Positions 1-10,284 of a stretch of 64,000 bases of DNA are shown piece after piece. A model generated the notes under the pieces. That model was not told the DNA's origin, ran no database searches, and saw only the letters and a list, made by a program, of their open reading frames with translations. Position 1 is the stretch's first letter. Each line of letters begins with the position of its first letter. The position numbers were made by a program, and so were the translations under genes. The DNA is taken from the NCBI GenBank assembly GCA_020439745.1, contig JAGQSC010000013.1, positions 61,173 to 125,172 of the forward strand, given 5' to 3'. Source of the stretch: Acidobacteriota bacterium (GTDB taxonomy: Bacteria > Acidobacteriota > Holophagae > Acanthopleuribacterales > Acanthopleuribacteraceae).

Positions 1-311
1 CATGCACTTTTGCCAACATTACCGAAGCATTCTAGCCAAACTGTCGGCAGTCTCGCTCGGGCTTGGGCTTGCTTTGGCCGTTGCATATGCTTACGGTCAA
101 CTTGTGGGGATGTCGGTTATGAGTTGGAAGGCAATGGTCCAATCACATGGGATCTTTCAAAGTCTGGGTTTCGTAGGTTGTGGATACTTACATTTCCTGC
201 GCCATGCCTCCAAGCCGGCATCGCCAGTGGTGAAATTATGATGGTGATCATACAGCTGTCCCTTTCTGAAGGCCTATAAAAAGGGGGTGATTTGAAGGAG
301 GGCGCCAAGCC

Positions 312-1493
312 ATGAAATATACCTCGCTACTTTCTATCTTTTTTGCATCCATCATTGTGTCAGCTGGCGATTTTGTAAATGCCGTCAAGAATGGGACCTG
401 GAACCTGAATCTGCGCTACCGATTGGAATACGTGGATCAGGACAACATCGACAACGAAGCGCTGGCATCCACCCTGCGCACTCGATTGGGCTACAAGTCG
501 GGCCTATTTCACGGTTATGAGTTTTATATCGATTTCGAGAACGTGACGGCGATCGGAAACGATCTTTACAATTCAACGGCCAATGGCGTTTCTGACCGTC
601 CCATTGTAGCCGACCCGGAAGACACCGAAGTGAACCAAGTCTATCTGGCCTACAAAGGATTTGAACAGCAAACCTTGACATTGGGCCGTCAGAGAATCAC
701 GTTGGATGACCACCGCTTTGTCGGCAATGTGGGCTGGCGCCAAAACGAACAGACCTATGATGGACTGAGATGGAGTTTTGATCAAGACAAGCACAAGATC
801 AACGTCGTCTACTTTGAAAACGTGAACAGAATTTTTGGTGACCACCAAGCAGCAGGCGACTGGCGAACCCAAGCATTCCTTGCACACTACAACCTGGGTG
901 TTGGCAAGCTGGGCACGATCAGCTTTTTCGGCCATTTCTTCGAAATTGAGTCCGTACCCGAAAACTCTCATTCGAACCTGGGATTCCGCATGGCTGGCAA
1001 GGTTGCGTTTGAAGGTTGGAGCCTGTTGCACGCGCTATCCTATGTCACCCAGGCAGACTACAAAGACGGCAGGGATGCCATTGATGCCGACTACGTCCTT
1101 ATTTCATGTGGTCCAGCTTTTGGCAATTTTGATATCACATTGAATTATGAAGTACTGGGAAGCAATGATGGCATCTATGGATTTTCCACACCATTTGCGA
1201 CCCTTCACGCGCACAACGGCTGGGCGGACAAATTCCTCAACACACCTGCAGCTGGTCTTGTTGATCTCTTCCTCAAAGCCAATTTGAAAGCAGGGAAATG
1301 GAATCTGTTGGGCATGTTCCATCAATTTGAATCTGACGAAGGCAGTGCGGATTACGGCTCTGAGTTTGATTTTCAGGCAGCCCGAAAAATCAACGACCAC
1401 TTGAATCTGGGTCTCAAGGCCGCCGTTTATGACGCGGATACTTTTTCAGTGGATACCACCAAAATATGGATCACGTTGGATTCGGTTTGGTAA
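312..1493 (+). CDS. Outer-membrane beta-barrel porin, alginate-export-like family
   Basis: 393-aa ORF with GGAGG 10 nt upstream of the ATG. Signal peptide MKYTSLLSIFFASIIVSA. N-terminal LNLRYRLEYVDQD motif typical of alginate-export/porin barrels. Aromatic C-terminus (..LDSVW). Confidence 0.6.
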   Translation: MKYTSLLSIFFASIIVSAGDFVNAVKNGTWNLNLRYRLEYVDQDNIDNEALASTLRTRLGYKSGLFHGYEFYIDFENVTAIGNDLYNSTANGVSDRPIVADPEDTEVNQVYLAYKGFEQQTLTLGRQRITLDDHRFVGNVGWRQNEQTYDGLRWSFDQDKHKINVVYFENVNRIFGDHQAAGDWRTQAFLAHYNLGVGKLGTISFFGHFFEIESVPENSHSNLGFRMAGKVAFEGWSLLHALSYVTQADYKDGRDAIDADYVLISCGPAFGNFDITLNYEVLGSNDGIYGFSTPFATLHAHNGWADKFLNTPAAGLVDLFLKANLKAGKWNLLGMFHQFESDEGSADYGSEFDFQAARKINDHLNLGLKAAVYDADTFSVDTTKIWITLDSVW

Positions 1494-1568
1494 CAGGCCT
1501 CGATCCTACATCGGACCGCACATTTCCCCTTACTCCATCCTTTACATAACTGATATGTATCGCATGAC

Positions 1569-1603
1569 TAGGGCCATGGTTTTTGTATCAAGCCATGGCC
1601 CTA
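1569..1603. terminator. Hairpin between convergent genes (putative bidirectional terminator)
   Basis: 11-bp perfect stem TAGGGCCATGG (1569-1579) / CCATGGCCCTA (1593-1603) with a T-rich 13-nt loop. It lies between the porin stop (1493) and the M14 peptidase stop (1660). Confidence 0.45.
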
Positions 1604-1659
1604 GCCCCTACTTAGAGCAAATCGCAGATGATCGAGGCGCTATGTGTTCAACGCGTTTG

Positions 1660-4500
1660 CTAGGGCAAGGCGACATTCAAATCATTGACTGTTTGGGTCC
1701 CGAGTCCCGGACCGTACACCAATGCATTGGTCAACAGTCGGATGGTACCGAACGTAGTTCCCCGAAAAGCAGGCGAACCCGCAAACAGGATAATCTGGCC
1801 TCGGCCGTATGACTCCCTTGTCAAGTAGGCGGCATGGGCCAAGCGATCCGCTGCCTCGGGCCACACAAGTCCACTCATTCTCAACCTCAAATCGTAGCCC
1901 CTTGGTTGCACGGCCCACCCAATACGATCTTTGCCTTGGTTTTCCGGACGCGACTCATAGACGCCAAAACGAACAGGCGCTTCGTCATTAGTCATGAGCA
2001 CTGGGCCTTTAGCGAACATCACGGGCAAGACACTACGTGCCCCAAAGGTCAGCCAATGGTCCTCCTGGACTCGAGTCGCAAAAATAGCCCCTTGCGGCAT
2101 AAATTGGGCGCGCCAAGCATCTTGACGGCTCAACTCCTCTTTGTCGGCGCGTTTGGGTAGGTTGGACCAGGGAAACGTGGATTGTCCGGGAGGCACATGT
2201 GACCAGACATCAGATTCGGTGATCGAAACTGACTTTGCTTCCCACTGCTTGAGGATTTCCAGTTCATAACTGTCCAACTTGTCCAATACGTCGGGAAGTA
2301 GACGCACTTTGGAAAACTCGAGTTTTTCTTGCGCAAGCAGCGCTGCCGAATTCCCGATCGCGATCAGGGTCCCACCCTCTTGAACCCACTGTTTCATGGC
2401 TTTGAGCCTTTGATCATCCAACTGACCCAACATCTCGGGCAACACAATCACGTTATAACGACGCAAATCAGCGAACCCGCTGTCAATGTCTAAGAGCGAA
2501 TGGGTGATCCCCAAATGATTGTCGATCACGTGCCAAATGCTCCCAAAATCATATGAACTCACACTACCTCGACCCATCAGAGCGATTTGGGGACGTTGTA
2601 ATAACTCAAAATGTTGTCCGCCCAAATCGGGAAGATCGCCAGCCCCAAGACCGGTTGTAATGGTCTGTGGAGCCAAACCGAGATCCTCTGAAACCTGGCG
2701 CAAAGTCTCCAACATGGAGGTCAGGGATTGAGTTTGATCCACAGCCAAAAGCAGCACCGACCCCCTGGAAAAAGCCTGATCATGGAACTCAAACGCCTTG
2801 CTTGCGGTTCTAAGGCGATACCCTTTTTCCATGAGTCGGGCTGCCAATGCCACTGACTGATCATCGGCACCGTCCCATACAAAACCCAAGTCATCTTCGT
2901 GCAGCGTAATCGCTTTCACCGGCCTTGGAGCCGTTGCGAATTTGATACTTTTGTCAGGAAGATCAGTTGGCAGTCGGTAACACACCAAGTCGTGCAACAT
3001 GCTGGCACTCCAGCCAGTTGTGTCGTACATGACCGAACGCCCCTTCGATAGGATCTCGGACCGCTCTTTGGCCAGAGTCGCGTTCGGGATTCGTGGATCA
3101 AACTCCAACATGGTTGCCAAAAGTCGCGCGTTAGGTTGTTGCTGAGGGATCAACACCGTGCCCTTTGGCAAAGTCAGCCGTGCATGAGTAATGCCCAACT
3201 GGTCGAGTGCCTGATTCACATTCCAGTCCTCAGCGAGTTCATAGAGTTCAAACTCGTGAAGTTGCATGAGCGACAAGAAGCGGTCGCGTCTCGATTGATT
3301 CGCGGTAGGCGGAAACGCATAGGTTACATCGGCATAGGGACTCTTGGGCGACATCACAAATTTTTTGTCTTGCCAATAATCACGGCGAATCTCGTGATGG
3401 TGCTGCAGTAACGTGTTTAAGTTTACCAACGAACTGGTCAATTGATGATGTACTGACTCGCGATAAGTCATGATGGTTCCCTCGGGTCGGATCACGCCGT
3501 CTTCGGCCAAACGAGCCTGTTCGTACAAAATGGTCAATGAGCCCCTGTAGGCGCACCAAAATGAGTAACCTGGATACCAGTTGTCATTCCATTCGCCCGT
3601 GTAATATCGCCAACCCTTTTGGTCAAATGACTTGGCCTGATCTTCGGCAAACCGATTCCCCCATTGGCTATGAAAAGGCGCCAGATGCAGATTGATGGGC
3701 TGACGGGCAGGCGAAAAGAGATAGGTATCCAGCGACCCCATTTCATGAGCATCCACGAAGAGTTGAGGCGCCCACTGGTTGATCAAACGGACCCTGCCTC
3801 GAGTCTCAGGATTGATACCCAAGGTGAAATCCCGATTCAAATCAAAGTAGTAGTGATTGGTTCGACCCGAAGGCCAATCGCCTGTGTGCGTAAACGACTG
3901 GGTGTCGAAATTGGGTGACTTGCCTCGCCCCTCCTCTACGTCTTTGCAAAATCGCGCACGGCCATCGGGGTTCATCATGGGATCCACAAAGATGATCATC
4001 TGTTGCAACAGAGATGTAATCTCAGGGTTCTCACTGGCCAACATGGTGTAAAGCAAAGCAATCGCAGCATCTGAACCAGAGGACTCGTTACCGTGAATTG
4101 AATAGGCCAACCAAGCCATGGCAGGCAGGCTCATCATCACCGCTTCGGCTTCGCGATCATCCAAGTTTCTGGGGTCCTGAAGTTTTTGGACTTGTGTTCG
4201 ATACGCCTCGAGTTTAGCGAGATGGTCGGGGTGTGAGATGATCATCACAGACAGGGGTCTACCTTCGTAGCTGTGTGCATAGATCTGTCGTTGAACACGG
4301 TCCGATTCGCGCGCCCATATCTGAAGCATCTGCTCGATTTGCTCCGGCGTGGCCGTGCGTTCCCCAATCGGGAATCCCAGTATCTTTTCTGGGTTGGTGA
4401 TATCGCTGCTATAGGGTCCCTCGGGCAGCAAAGGTACCGAGTAGAAAGTCTCAGTACGCAAAATGTCCTGACAAATTAGTGCGAAAAGCAGGCAAAACAT
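1660..4500 (-). CDS. Secreted M14-family zinc carboxypeptidase-like protein (946 aa)
   Basis: Hydrophobic N-terminus MFCLLFALIC. HxxE zinc motif in SIHGNESSGSDAAIALLY within an M14-like N-terminal domain, followed by a long C-terminal extension. Confidence 0.8.
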   Translation of the reverse strand: MFCLLFALICQDILRTETFYSVPLLPEGPYSSDITNPEKILGFPIGERTATPEQIEQMLQIWARESDRVQRQIYAHSYEGRPLSVMIISHPDHLAKLEAYRTQVQKLQDPRNLDDREAEAVMMSLPAMAWLAYSIHGNESSGSDAAIALLYTMLASENPEITSLLQQMIIFVDPMMNPDGRARFCKDVEEGRGKSPNFDTQSFTHTGDWPSGRTNHYYFDLNRDFTLGINPETRGRVRLINQWAPQLFVDAHEMGSLDTYLFSPARQPINLHLAPFHSQWGNRFAEDQAKSFDQKGWRYYTGEWNDNWYPGYSFWCAYRGSLTILYEQARLAEDGVIRPEGTIMTYRESVHHQLTSSLVNLNTLLQHHHEIRRDYWQDKKFVMSPKSPYADVTYAFPPTANQSRRDRFLSLMQLHEFELYELAEDWNVNQALDQLGITHARLTLPKGTVLIPQQQPNARLLATMLEFDPRIPNATLAKERSEILSKGRSVMYDTTGWSASMLHDLVCYRLPTDLPDKSIKFATAPRPVKAITLHEDDLGFVWDGADDQSVALAARLMEKGYRLRTASKAFEFHDQAFSRGSVLLLAVDQTQSLTSMLETLRQVSEDLGLAPQTITTGLGAGDLPDLGGQHFELLQRPQIALMGRGSVSSYDFGSIWHVIDNHLGITHSLLDIDSGFADLRRYNVIVLPEMLGQLDDQRLKAMKQWVQEGGTLIAIGNSAALLAQEKLEFSKVRLLPDVLDKLDSYELEILKQWEAKSVSITESDVWSHVPPGQSTFPWSNLPKRADKEELSRQDAWRAQFMPQGAIFATRVQEDHWLTFGARSVLPVMFAKGPVLMTNDEAPVRFGVYESRPENQGKDRIGWAVQPRGYDLRLRMSGLVWPEAADRLAHAAYLTRESYGRGQIILFAGSPAFRGTTFGTIRLLTNALVYGPGLGTQTVNDLNVALP

Positions 4501-4559
4501 AGGATCTCCCGAGAAGGTAATGTTGTGTGATTATAGGTGAGACGACAAAGACCCACGCT

Positions 4560-7500
4560 CTATAAACCACTTAGGACACGAGTTCGGTTGGGGGATTTAT
4601 CGAGTGCATGCGTGGGTAATGGACGAAGCGTGTCTCCGTGTTGGGTATATAGATCCATATCCTTACACCAACCGCGAAGGTTCACCACATATCGCATGGA
4701 CTTGCTGGGTTGATCGATTGAAAAACGTACTCGGACTTGGTCTCCGGGCGCCATGAACACAGCCTGGTCGTCTTTATTCCGGATCAGAGCAGTCACGTCT
4801 CCGAACTGGGTATAGCTCCCGAATGGCGTACGCAGATGTCCCGCAGCCGCCGCCTGATTTCCGTCAAAGTGCTTGGGTTGGGCATGCCCACCAGACTCCT
4901 TCGGGAAGCCAAGGAAACTGAGCGCTGCGTATGCGGCGTCTACCTGCTTCTCGATAATCGCAGGGTTTTCTTCTTCCAACACGACCTTGACCCAATCCCA
5001 ATAGATCTCCAGATTGGAACGAATTCGGATCGCCTGCACGGGAAACGGTAGTGCTCCAAGCACAAACGCTGATTCTCGATCCATGCCTGCCGGATAGCCG
5101 AATTGCGCGTGCAACAAGTGCCAAGTACCATCACCTGCCTGAACATCAATGCTGGGAGGGTCATAGCTGAGACCTGCCTGTTGCGCACCAAACACCGTTT
5201 GCGAGTAAGGGTATTCGACCCAACCTCCAAAAACCAACACCCAGTTGGGACCAGAAATCGGTTCAGTAAAGGTCATCTCAATAGTCTGAACTTGATCCAA
5301 TAATCCGAGAAAGCGGGGATGAAGATCGCCGGTGGGCGCACACCATTCGTCGTCGAACTGCAATGCCTCCAGAGCATCTTCACCATTGACTAAGGCAGAT
5401 TCGACCGCCGCGGTTTTTCGATACGCAATGATGCGACCGGAAGGCACCTCGCCATTTGTCGCCATGCGTTCATCCACAGTAATTTGCCAACCGTCTGGCA
5501 CCTTCACGCTGGTCAACGAAACATGGTCCAAAAGACATATTTCTTCCATAGGTTCCGCAATCACAAGTTCTATGTCGGATTTTTGAATCGAGCCTAGCGG
5601 CATAAGAAATCTCTCGTCGGGCCGCGCCTGTCCATAGTTATTGGGACCGAGGTAAAAACCCATGCCGCCTACACCCAGCACATCGGAAATAAACTCCATG
5701 CTTTTTCCTTGATCTACAAACAGGAGCGGACAACTGGAAAGCTGCCGCTGGGTCTCCGAAATCTGCCACACCTTGTTGAAGTCATCCGGAGGAAACTCAA
5801 CCTGATACACACCGTCAGGCCATTGCATGGCCAAGTAGCGAAGTTCCGATCCCGGAGGCAAACCCACCATGGCATATTGAGCCTGCTGGGTAGCCGGATC
5901 CGAAGTGACTGCATGATTGGAAACCGTGGCCCAATGCGTACTGAATCGAGCAGCCATCACGGTGCCTACACCGAACGTGTTACTTCTCATGGATTCGCCT
6001 GCGCTTTGCCTACCCCTCAAGGACACGGCGGCAAATGGGTATCGACCGCTTCCGGCACCACGCCAGATGATCTGATCACCGCTATATAACAAAAGGCCAA
6101 ATCCCTTGGACGGTTGCTTGGCTACGAGTTGAAATGCTTTGCCCGTACCTAGATCCTTGACCGAACCCGATGTCAATGCCGACCCTCCTGGCGACAGGGT
6201 CAAGGCTTCTTGAAGACCGTCACCGTTGAAATCGGTATAGGCAAAGGGGCCGTCTCCCGCCGCATCGACAATGCGCTCTCGCCGCCAGGACCCGTCAAAC
6301 CACAAGCGGGTGACCCGACCTGATTCTCTGACTAACCAATCAAAACGCGACGTGGCGTCGAGATGAGCAACCAAAGTTGTGCTGGCCCGAACATCTTCAA
6401 TCTGTTCCGGACGCCACTTTCCCAACCGATCATTCCACCAAACATGTAAAGTGCCGTTCGTTGACACCGCCCCTAGATCCACATCACGATCACCGTCAAA
6501 ATCAGCCGCCACAACTTGCTTCGCTGCGGGCAGGGTCTCCAGTTCGGCACGTTGCCATGACCCATCTCCGTTGTTGATGAGCAATGAAGTTATGTCCGAG
6601 GCCAGCCAGAGGTCTAAATCACCATCGTGATCCGCATCCACAGCCGTTCCGGCACGCAAAACCGAATCAGCACACATCTGCTGAACGGCCGAACCGTAAC
6701 TAGGTGCCCCTAAGACAGCGACACCCTTTTCTAATAACAAAACCCAATCCAATGCTTCGTCCAGATCCAGATCGGCACAAATCGCGCCGTAAACGGGTTG
6801 GTCAAAAGGCTCATCTGCCACCCGCCATCCGGTCGGTTCGTTGATCAGTCGTTTGTGCAGACCCGTTCCATCAGACAGGTTCCACACGGTTACATCAAGA
6901 TCACCATCGGCATCCATGTCGGACACCGAAAAAAGAACGGGTGCCTCGCTCGTCGATTGCCATGACCCTTTCAAAACCAACTCATCGGCAAATACCGATC
7001 CCATGGGCTGATCAACCATGCCGCTAAGGGTCTGGCTTTGAGCCATTGCCAAAGGTCCCATCTTTCCGTAGACAAAGTCGAATTTCGTGACGCGTAAACA
7101 ATTTTGCAGGGCCCTGAAAGCGTTCATGCTCTCCATGGCCTGCTCCCTTTTGCCTGCTGCATTGCTCACTTGAAAAAAGCCGTAGTGGGCCGATTGGAAG
7201 TAGCCATCCAAGTCAATCGCCTTTTGGAAGAGACTCAAGGCACTGTCCCAATCACCATCATTCTGCGCGATTGTGCCCAACAAATAGGGAATATACGGAT
7301 CTCTCAAGTTTGCCTGCATCAATGCTTCAAGGAGTGGTTTGGCGGCGCCGTATTGGCCTTCATAGAGATGAATAACAGCTCGCAGGTATGCAGCTCGATG
7401 GCTATCGGGTGATTGTCGTAACAACTCGTCTAATTCGTCGATTGCCCGTTGTGTGTCACCATCTGATTGGCGATTGAGTATGGCGATCGCCAGGTTGGTC

Positions 7501-7688
7501 TTGATGTGCGCGTCCTGCGGAGCCAGTAATTTGGCCGCACTAAACGCTTCCACCGCTTCAGAGTATTGGTAGCGCCCCATGAGTGCGACCCCTTGATCCT
7601 CTAAAGCGATCGCTTGGTCTCGTTCATGACCTGTCCCACACGCGAAAAGAAATAGAATCAAAATTGCAGTGGTATTAGCGGTTTTCAT
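4560..7688 (-). CDS. TPR + FG-GAP/VCBS repeat lipoprotein (CRTAC1 / ASPIC-UnbV-like)
   Basis: Start moved to MKTANTTAILILFLFACGTG (probable lipobox LFAC). TPR-like helical repeats are followed by Ca-binding FG-GAP motifs (DADGDLDV, DADHDGDLDLW, ADFDGDRDVDL) and an UnbV/ASPIC-like segment. The last ~450 aa are unassigned. Confidence 0.7.
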   Translation of the reverse strand: MKTANTTAILILFLFACGTGHERDQAIALEDQGVALMGRYQYSEAVEAFSAAKLLAPQDAHIKTNLAIAILNRQSDGDTQRAIDELDELLRQSPDSHRAAYLRAVIHLYEGQYGAAKPLLEALMQANLRDPYIPYLLGTIAQNDGDWDSALSLFQKAIDLDGYFQSAHYGFFQVSNAAGKREQAMESMNAFRALQNCLRVTKFDFVYGKMGPLAMAQSQTLSGMVDQPMGSVFADELVLKGSWQSTSEAPVLFSVSDMDADGDLDVTVWNLSDGTGLHKRLINEPTGWRVADEPFDQPVYGAICADLDLDEALDWVLLLEKGVAVLGAPSYGSAVQQMCADSVLRAGTAVDADHDGDLDLWLASDITSLLINNGDGSWQRAELETLPAAKQVVAADFDGDRDVDLGAVSTNGTLHVWWNDRLGKWRPEQIEDVRASTTLVAHLDATSRFDWLVRESGRVTRLWFDGSWRRERIVDAAGDGPFAYTDFNGDGLQEALTLSPGGSALTSGSVKDLGTGKAFQLVAKQPSKGFGLLLYSGDQIIWRGAGSGRYPFAAVSLRGRQSAGESMRSNTFGVGTVMAARFSTHWATVSNHAVTSDPATQQAQYAMVGLPPGSELRYLAMQWPDGVYQVEFPPDDFNKVWQISETQRQLSSCPLLFVDQGKSMEFISDVLGVGGMGFYLGPNNYGQARPDERFLMPLGSIQKSDIELVIAEPMEEICLLDHVSLTSVKVPDGWQITVDERMATNGEVPSGRIIAYRKTAAVESALVNGEDALEALQFDDEWCAPTGDLHPRFLGLLDQVQTIEMTFTEPISGPNWVLVFGGWVEYPYSQTVFGAQQAGLSYDPPSIDVQAGDGTWHLLHAQFGYPAGMDRESAFVLGALPFPVQAIRIRSNLEIYWDWVKVVLEEENPAIIEKQVDAAYAALSFLGFPKESGGHAQPKHFDGNQAAAAGHLRTPFGSYTQFGDVTALIRNKDDQAVFMAPGDQVRVRFSIDQPSKSMRYVVNLRGWCKDMDLYTQHGDTLRPLPTHALDKSPNRTRVLSGL

Positions 7689-8649
7689 CAATGCGTTTCC
7701 TTGTTTCGTCCACGGAAATGGGGTGTTTGCTGGGCGCACCCAATCCTGGCTTTTGCAAATAGCCATAGGCCTTTGTGCGGAGGTGCGCCAGCATATGGTG
7801 CCCGTACCTACGTTGGCGTTCTTGTCGTAAAGCATGAATGTCAACGGGTGCGATCACAATGCGTTCCCCGCCACCAGTTTCTGCTTGCGCGAGAATGCGA
7901 CCTTCGAAGTCGACGATCATGCTTCCACCGGGCCAAGAGAATGGCGGAAAATTGGCCCGTGACGCGCCCTGATTGGCGGCAACCACGTAGACCAGATTCT
8001 CTAAGGCTCGGGTTCGATTGACCAGTGTCCACCACTCCATGGGGGAGGCGGTACCCCAAGGATCCATATAAGCCGAGACACGATTGACAATGTCTGCGCC
8101 TTGTGTGGCCAGTTCTCGAATGGTCTCTGGAAATAACCAGTCGTAACAAATCGCAGCGCCAATGACGCCGATCTCGGTCTCCGCAACTGGAAAATAGGGT
8201 TCCGAATAATCGGGTACGTCCAGCGGCGAGGCATGGACCTCCCATGGAATCCACGGATTTACCTTACGGTATTTGAGGCAAATCCCCTCAGGACCAATCA
8301 GTACGGTGGTATTGAAGATGATCTCGGCATACTTGGGATCGGTCTCCAAAAACGTGCCTGTTTGAACATAACAACCGTACTTCGAGGCGATCTTCTGCAG
8401 GAACTCGGTATGTTCGTTGGGTATTGCCACGCCAAGGTGTTCTCGCAGTTTGGGGACCTCGTCATAGATGGGCGCCGCATGGGCAAATTCTGGGAATACC
8501 AGCAAGCGCACATCACCTATTGGCTCATAGACGGTAATCGTCTCCTCAATCAATTGACCCATTCTCCGTGTAAGCTGCCACATGTCATTGCGACTAGAGG
8601 GACAGGGAAAATCCGTTTGTATGGCTGCAGCATAATAACGTTGAAACAT
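7675..8649 (-). CDS. Carbon-nitrogen hydrolase (nitrilase/amidase superfamily)
   Basis: Glu-Lys-Cys triad contexts VFPEF, KYRKVNPW and AICYDWLFPE. Overlaps the downstream lipoprotein start by 14 nt. Confidence 0.8.
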   Translation of the reverse strand: MFQRYYAAAIQTDFPCPSSRNDMWQLTRRMGQLIEETITVYEPIGDVRLLVFPEFAHAAPIYDEVPKLREHLGVAIPNEHTEFLQKIASKYGCYVQTGTFLETDPKYAEIIFNTTVLIGPEGICLKYRKVNPWIPWEVHASPLDVPDYSEPYFPVAETEIGVIGAAICYDWLFPETIRELATQGADIVNRVSAYMDPWGTASPMEWWTLVNRTRALENLVYVVAANQGASRANFPPFSWPGGSMIVDFEGRILAQAETGGGERIVIAPVDIHALRQERQRRYGHHMLAHLRTKAYGYLQKPGLGAPSKHPISVDETRKRIDENR

Positions 8650-8766
8650 GGACGCATCATACCTGAATGGTGCGGCTTACGCACGAACCCATCGACGAGT
8701 GCAGGGGAACCAATACGAGTCGCGGCTTGTGTTAAAATGAAGCAATTCATTTTAGGATTCAAGACC

Positions 8767-8991
8767 ATGCAGCAGTTGGCTCTATACGAGCGATACGATG
8801 AAGCCCATATTGTAAAAACGCGGCTGGAACACGAGGGGATCAACTGCTTATTGCTCGATGAACACGTCAATCGCCTCTATGGCTCCATGGTATTGGTTCG
8901 ATTGTGTGTCGACGATTGCGACTTGGAGCGCGCGAAACAGATCTTGCGCAGATACCAACTTTTTCAAGTCGTTGAAGACGAAACCGCATAG
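8767..8991 (+). CDS. DUF2007-like small protein (putative signal-transducing domain)
   Basis: Only the C-terminal part of track ORF 8233..8991 is credible. MQQLALYERYDEAHIVKTRLEHEGINCLLLDEH..LERAKQIL matches the DUF2007 pattern. An alternative ATG lies at 8737. Confidence 0.55.
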   Translation: MQQLALYERYDEAHIVKTRLEHEGINCLLLDEHVNRLYGSMVLVRLCVDDCDLERAKQILRRYQLFQVVEDETA

Positions 8992-9662
8992 GGCTTCAGG
9001 GCATCGAGAACGGCCTGAAACTGTTCGTTCACACCCACTGCCAATTGAAACGGCTGTGCCGTTCTCGGATCCAGAAAATGGATACCGGTGGCTGCAAGAA
9101 ACAAGAAATGAGCCTGAAAGCGCCGCCGAAAAAACCGATTATGCCAACCATCCCCGTGTACGGTATCGCCCACGATAGGATGGCGCACATGGGCAAAATG
9201 ACGACGGATCTGATGGTGACGGCCTGTTTCGGGTCGCACTTCCACCCACGTGTACCGGCTCGTATCATGGATTGACGAAGGTTCAGGTAGTTCGAACTTG
9301 AGCTTGGCACCATAGCCCGTAAGTGCTGGCAATGGACGACCAGAACGCTCATCGAAGAGCGGGTAATCGATCAGCCCCTCATCGACAAATCCTCGAACCA
9401 CCGCCTGATATTGCTTATGAACTGCTCGTGTTTCAAACAGCTTTTGCATCGCTACGTGGAACGGCTTGTTCAACCCAAATAGCATGAGGCCTGACGTGGC
9501 GCGGTCCAGGCGATGAATGGGATATACGCGCTGGCCAATCTGATCTCGAAGGGACTGAATCATCGCCTGGGTATCGGAACTGATCGAGGTTCGGTGAACT
9601 AGAAGCCCTGCGGGTTTATGAACGATCAGCAGGTCATCATCGCGATGGTAGATGTGAATCAT
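8964..9662 (-). CDS. truC: tRNA pseudouridine synthase C (RluA family)
   Basis: Collinear with E. coli TruC: IVHKPAGLLVHR, catalytic HRLDRATSGLMLF, TGRHHQIRRHFAHVRHPIVGD. Start chosen at MIHIYHRDDD. Confidence 0.8.
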   Translation of the reverse strand: MIHIYHRDDDLLIVHKPAGLLVHRTSISSDTQAMIQSLRDQIGQRVYPIHRLDRATSGLMLFGLNKPFHVAMQKLFETRAVHKQYQAVVRGFVDEGLIDYPLFDERSGRPLPALTGYGAKLKFELPEPSSIHDTSRYTWVEVRPETGRHHQIRRHFAHVRHPIVGDTVHGDGWHNRFFRRRFQAHFLFLAATGIHFLDPRTAQPFQLAVGVNEQFQAVLDALKPYAVSSSTT

Positions 9663-10284
9663 GAGACGAACGCCCAATCAATACCTGCGCGCACCAGTAC
9701 GTGAACATGACCCAAAAAGGGGAAGCCCAGGCTGCATCCAGGAATAATCGGCATGCAAGCAAACTGTCGCTAATCCCAAAGATCAAAGCACCCCATGCCG
9801 CTTCCATCCGACCGCCACACCGCCAGAATGAGACGGCCCGCCACATCATGAACATAATCACGACTAGATAGCTCATTACGGGACCGGTTAGGGAACCCGT
9901 GTTCGGCAACAAGAGCCAAGCCATGATACTGCCCCAAATCACGAACGGCGCCAGCCACCACGCCTCGGATGACTTGGGTCGCCATCCAAAGGAAATGATG
10001 TAGGCGATATGTGCCAACAGGAACGATGAGAGACCATGGATGAAGTAGGCGTCACCAACCGCCAGAAACACGTCACCGAAGCCGGAAAGCACAAGACCGA
10101 CCGTGATCCAGAACCCATTTACTTGACGAGCGCTGACCAGTGCCAGACACAATACAGGCACGGGTTTTAAGCCAGCCAGCACTTCAGCCGAAAGACGTTG
10201 CATGGCCATAAGGTATGCAGCCGCAACCACAAGTGCTACGGCCCACACCCATGTGTGCCATTTCAAGCCACTGTGGGCTGACAT
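9637..10284 (-). CDS. YhhN / TMEM86 lysoplasmalogenase-family membrane protein
   Basis: 215-aa polytopic protein with YhhN-type segments (GLVLSGFGDVFLA, FLLAHIAYI). Its ATG shares nt 10284 with the upstream receptor stop (TGATG). Confidence 0.75.
   Translation of the reverse strand: MSAHSGLKWHTWVWAVALVVAAAYLMAMQRLSAEVLAGLKPVPVLCLALVSARQVNGFWITVGLVLSGFGDVFLAVGDAYFIHGLSSFLLAHIAYIISFGWRPKSSEAWWLAPFVIWGSIMAWLLLPNTGSLTGPVMSYLVVIMFMMWRAVSFWRCGGRMEAAWGALIFGISDSLLACRLFLDAAWASPFWVMFTYWCAQVLIGRSSHDSHLPSR

Noticed and set aside
2-241. 79-aa ORF open to the left edge (..LSAVSLGLGLALAVAYAYGQLVG..), possibly the C-terminal end of a membrane protein.
   Set aside because: It is mildly hydrophobic but has no recognisable motif, and a competing ORF lies in another frame (10..279). 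Evidence is insufficient to call a CDS.
8233-8736. N-terminal two-thirds of track ORF 8233..8991.
   Set aside because: It lies antisense to the well-supported C-N hydrolase gene and has no protein-like features. Only the last 75 codons (DUF2007-like) are kept.
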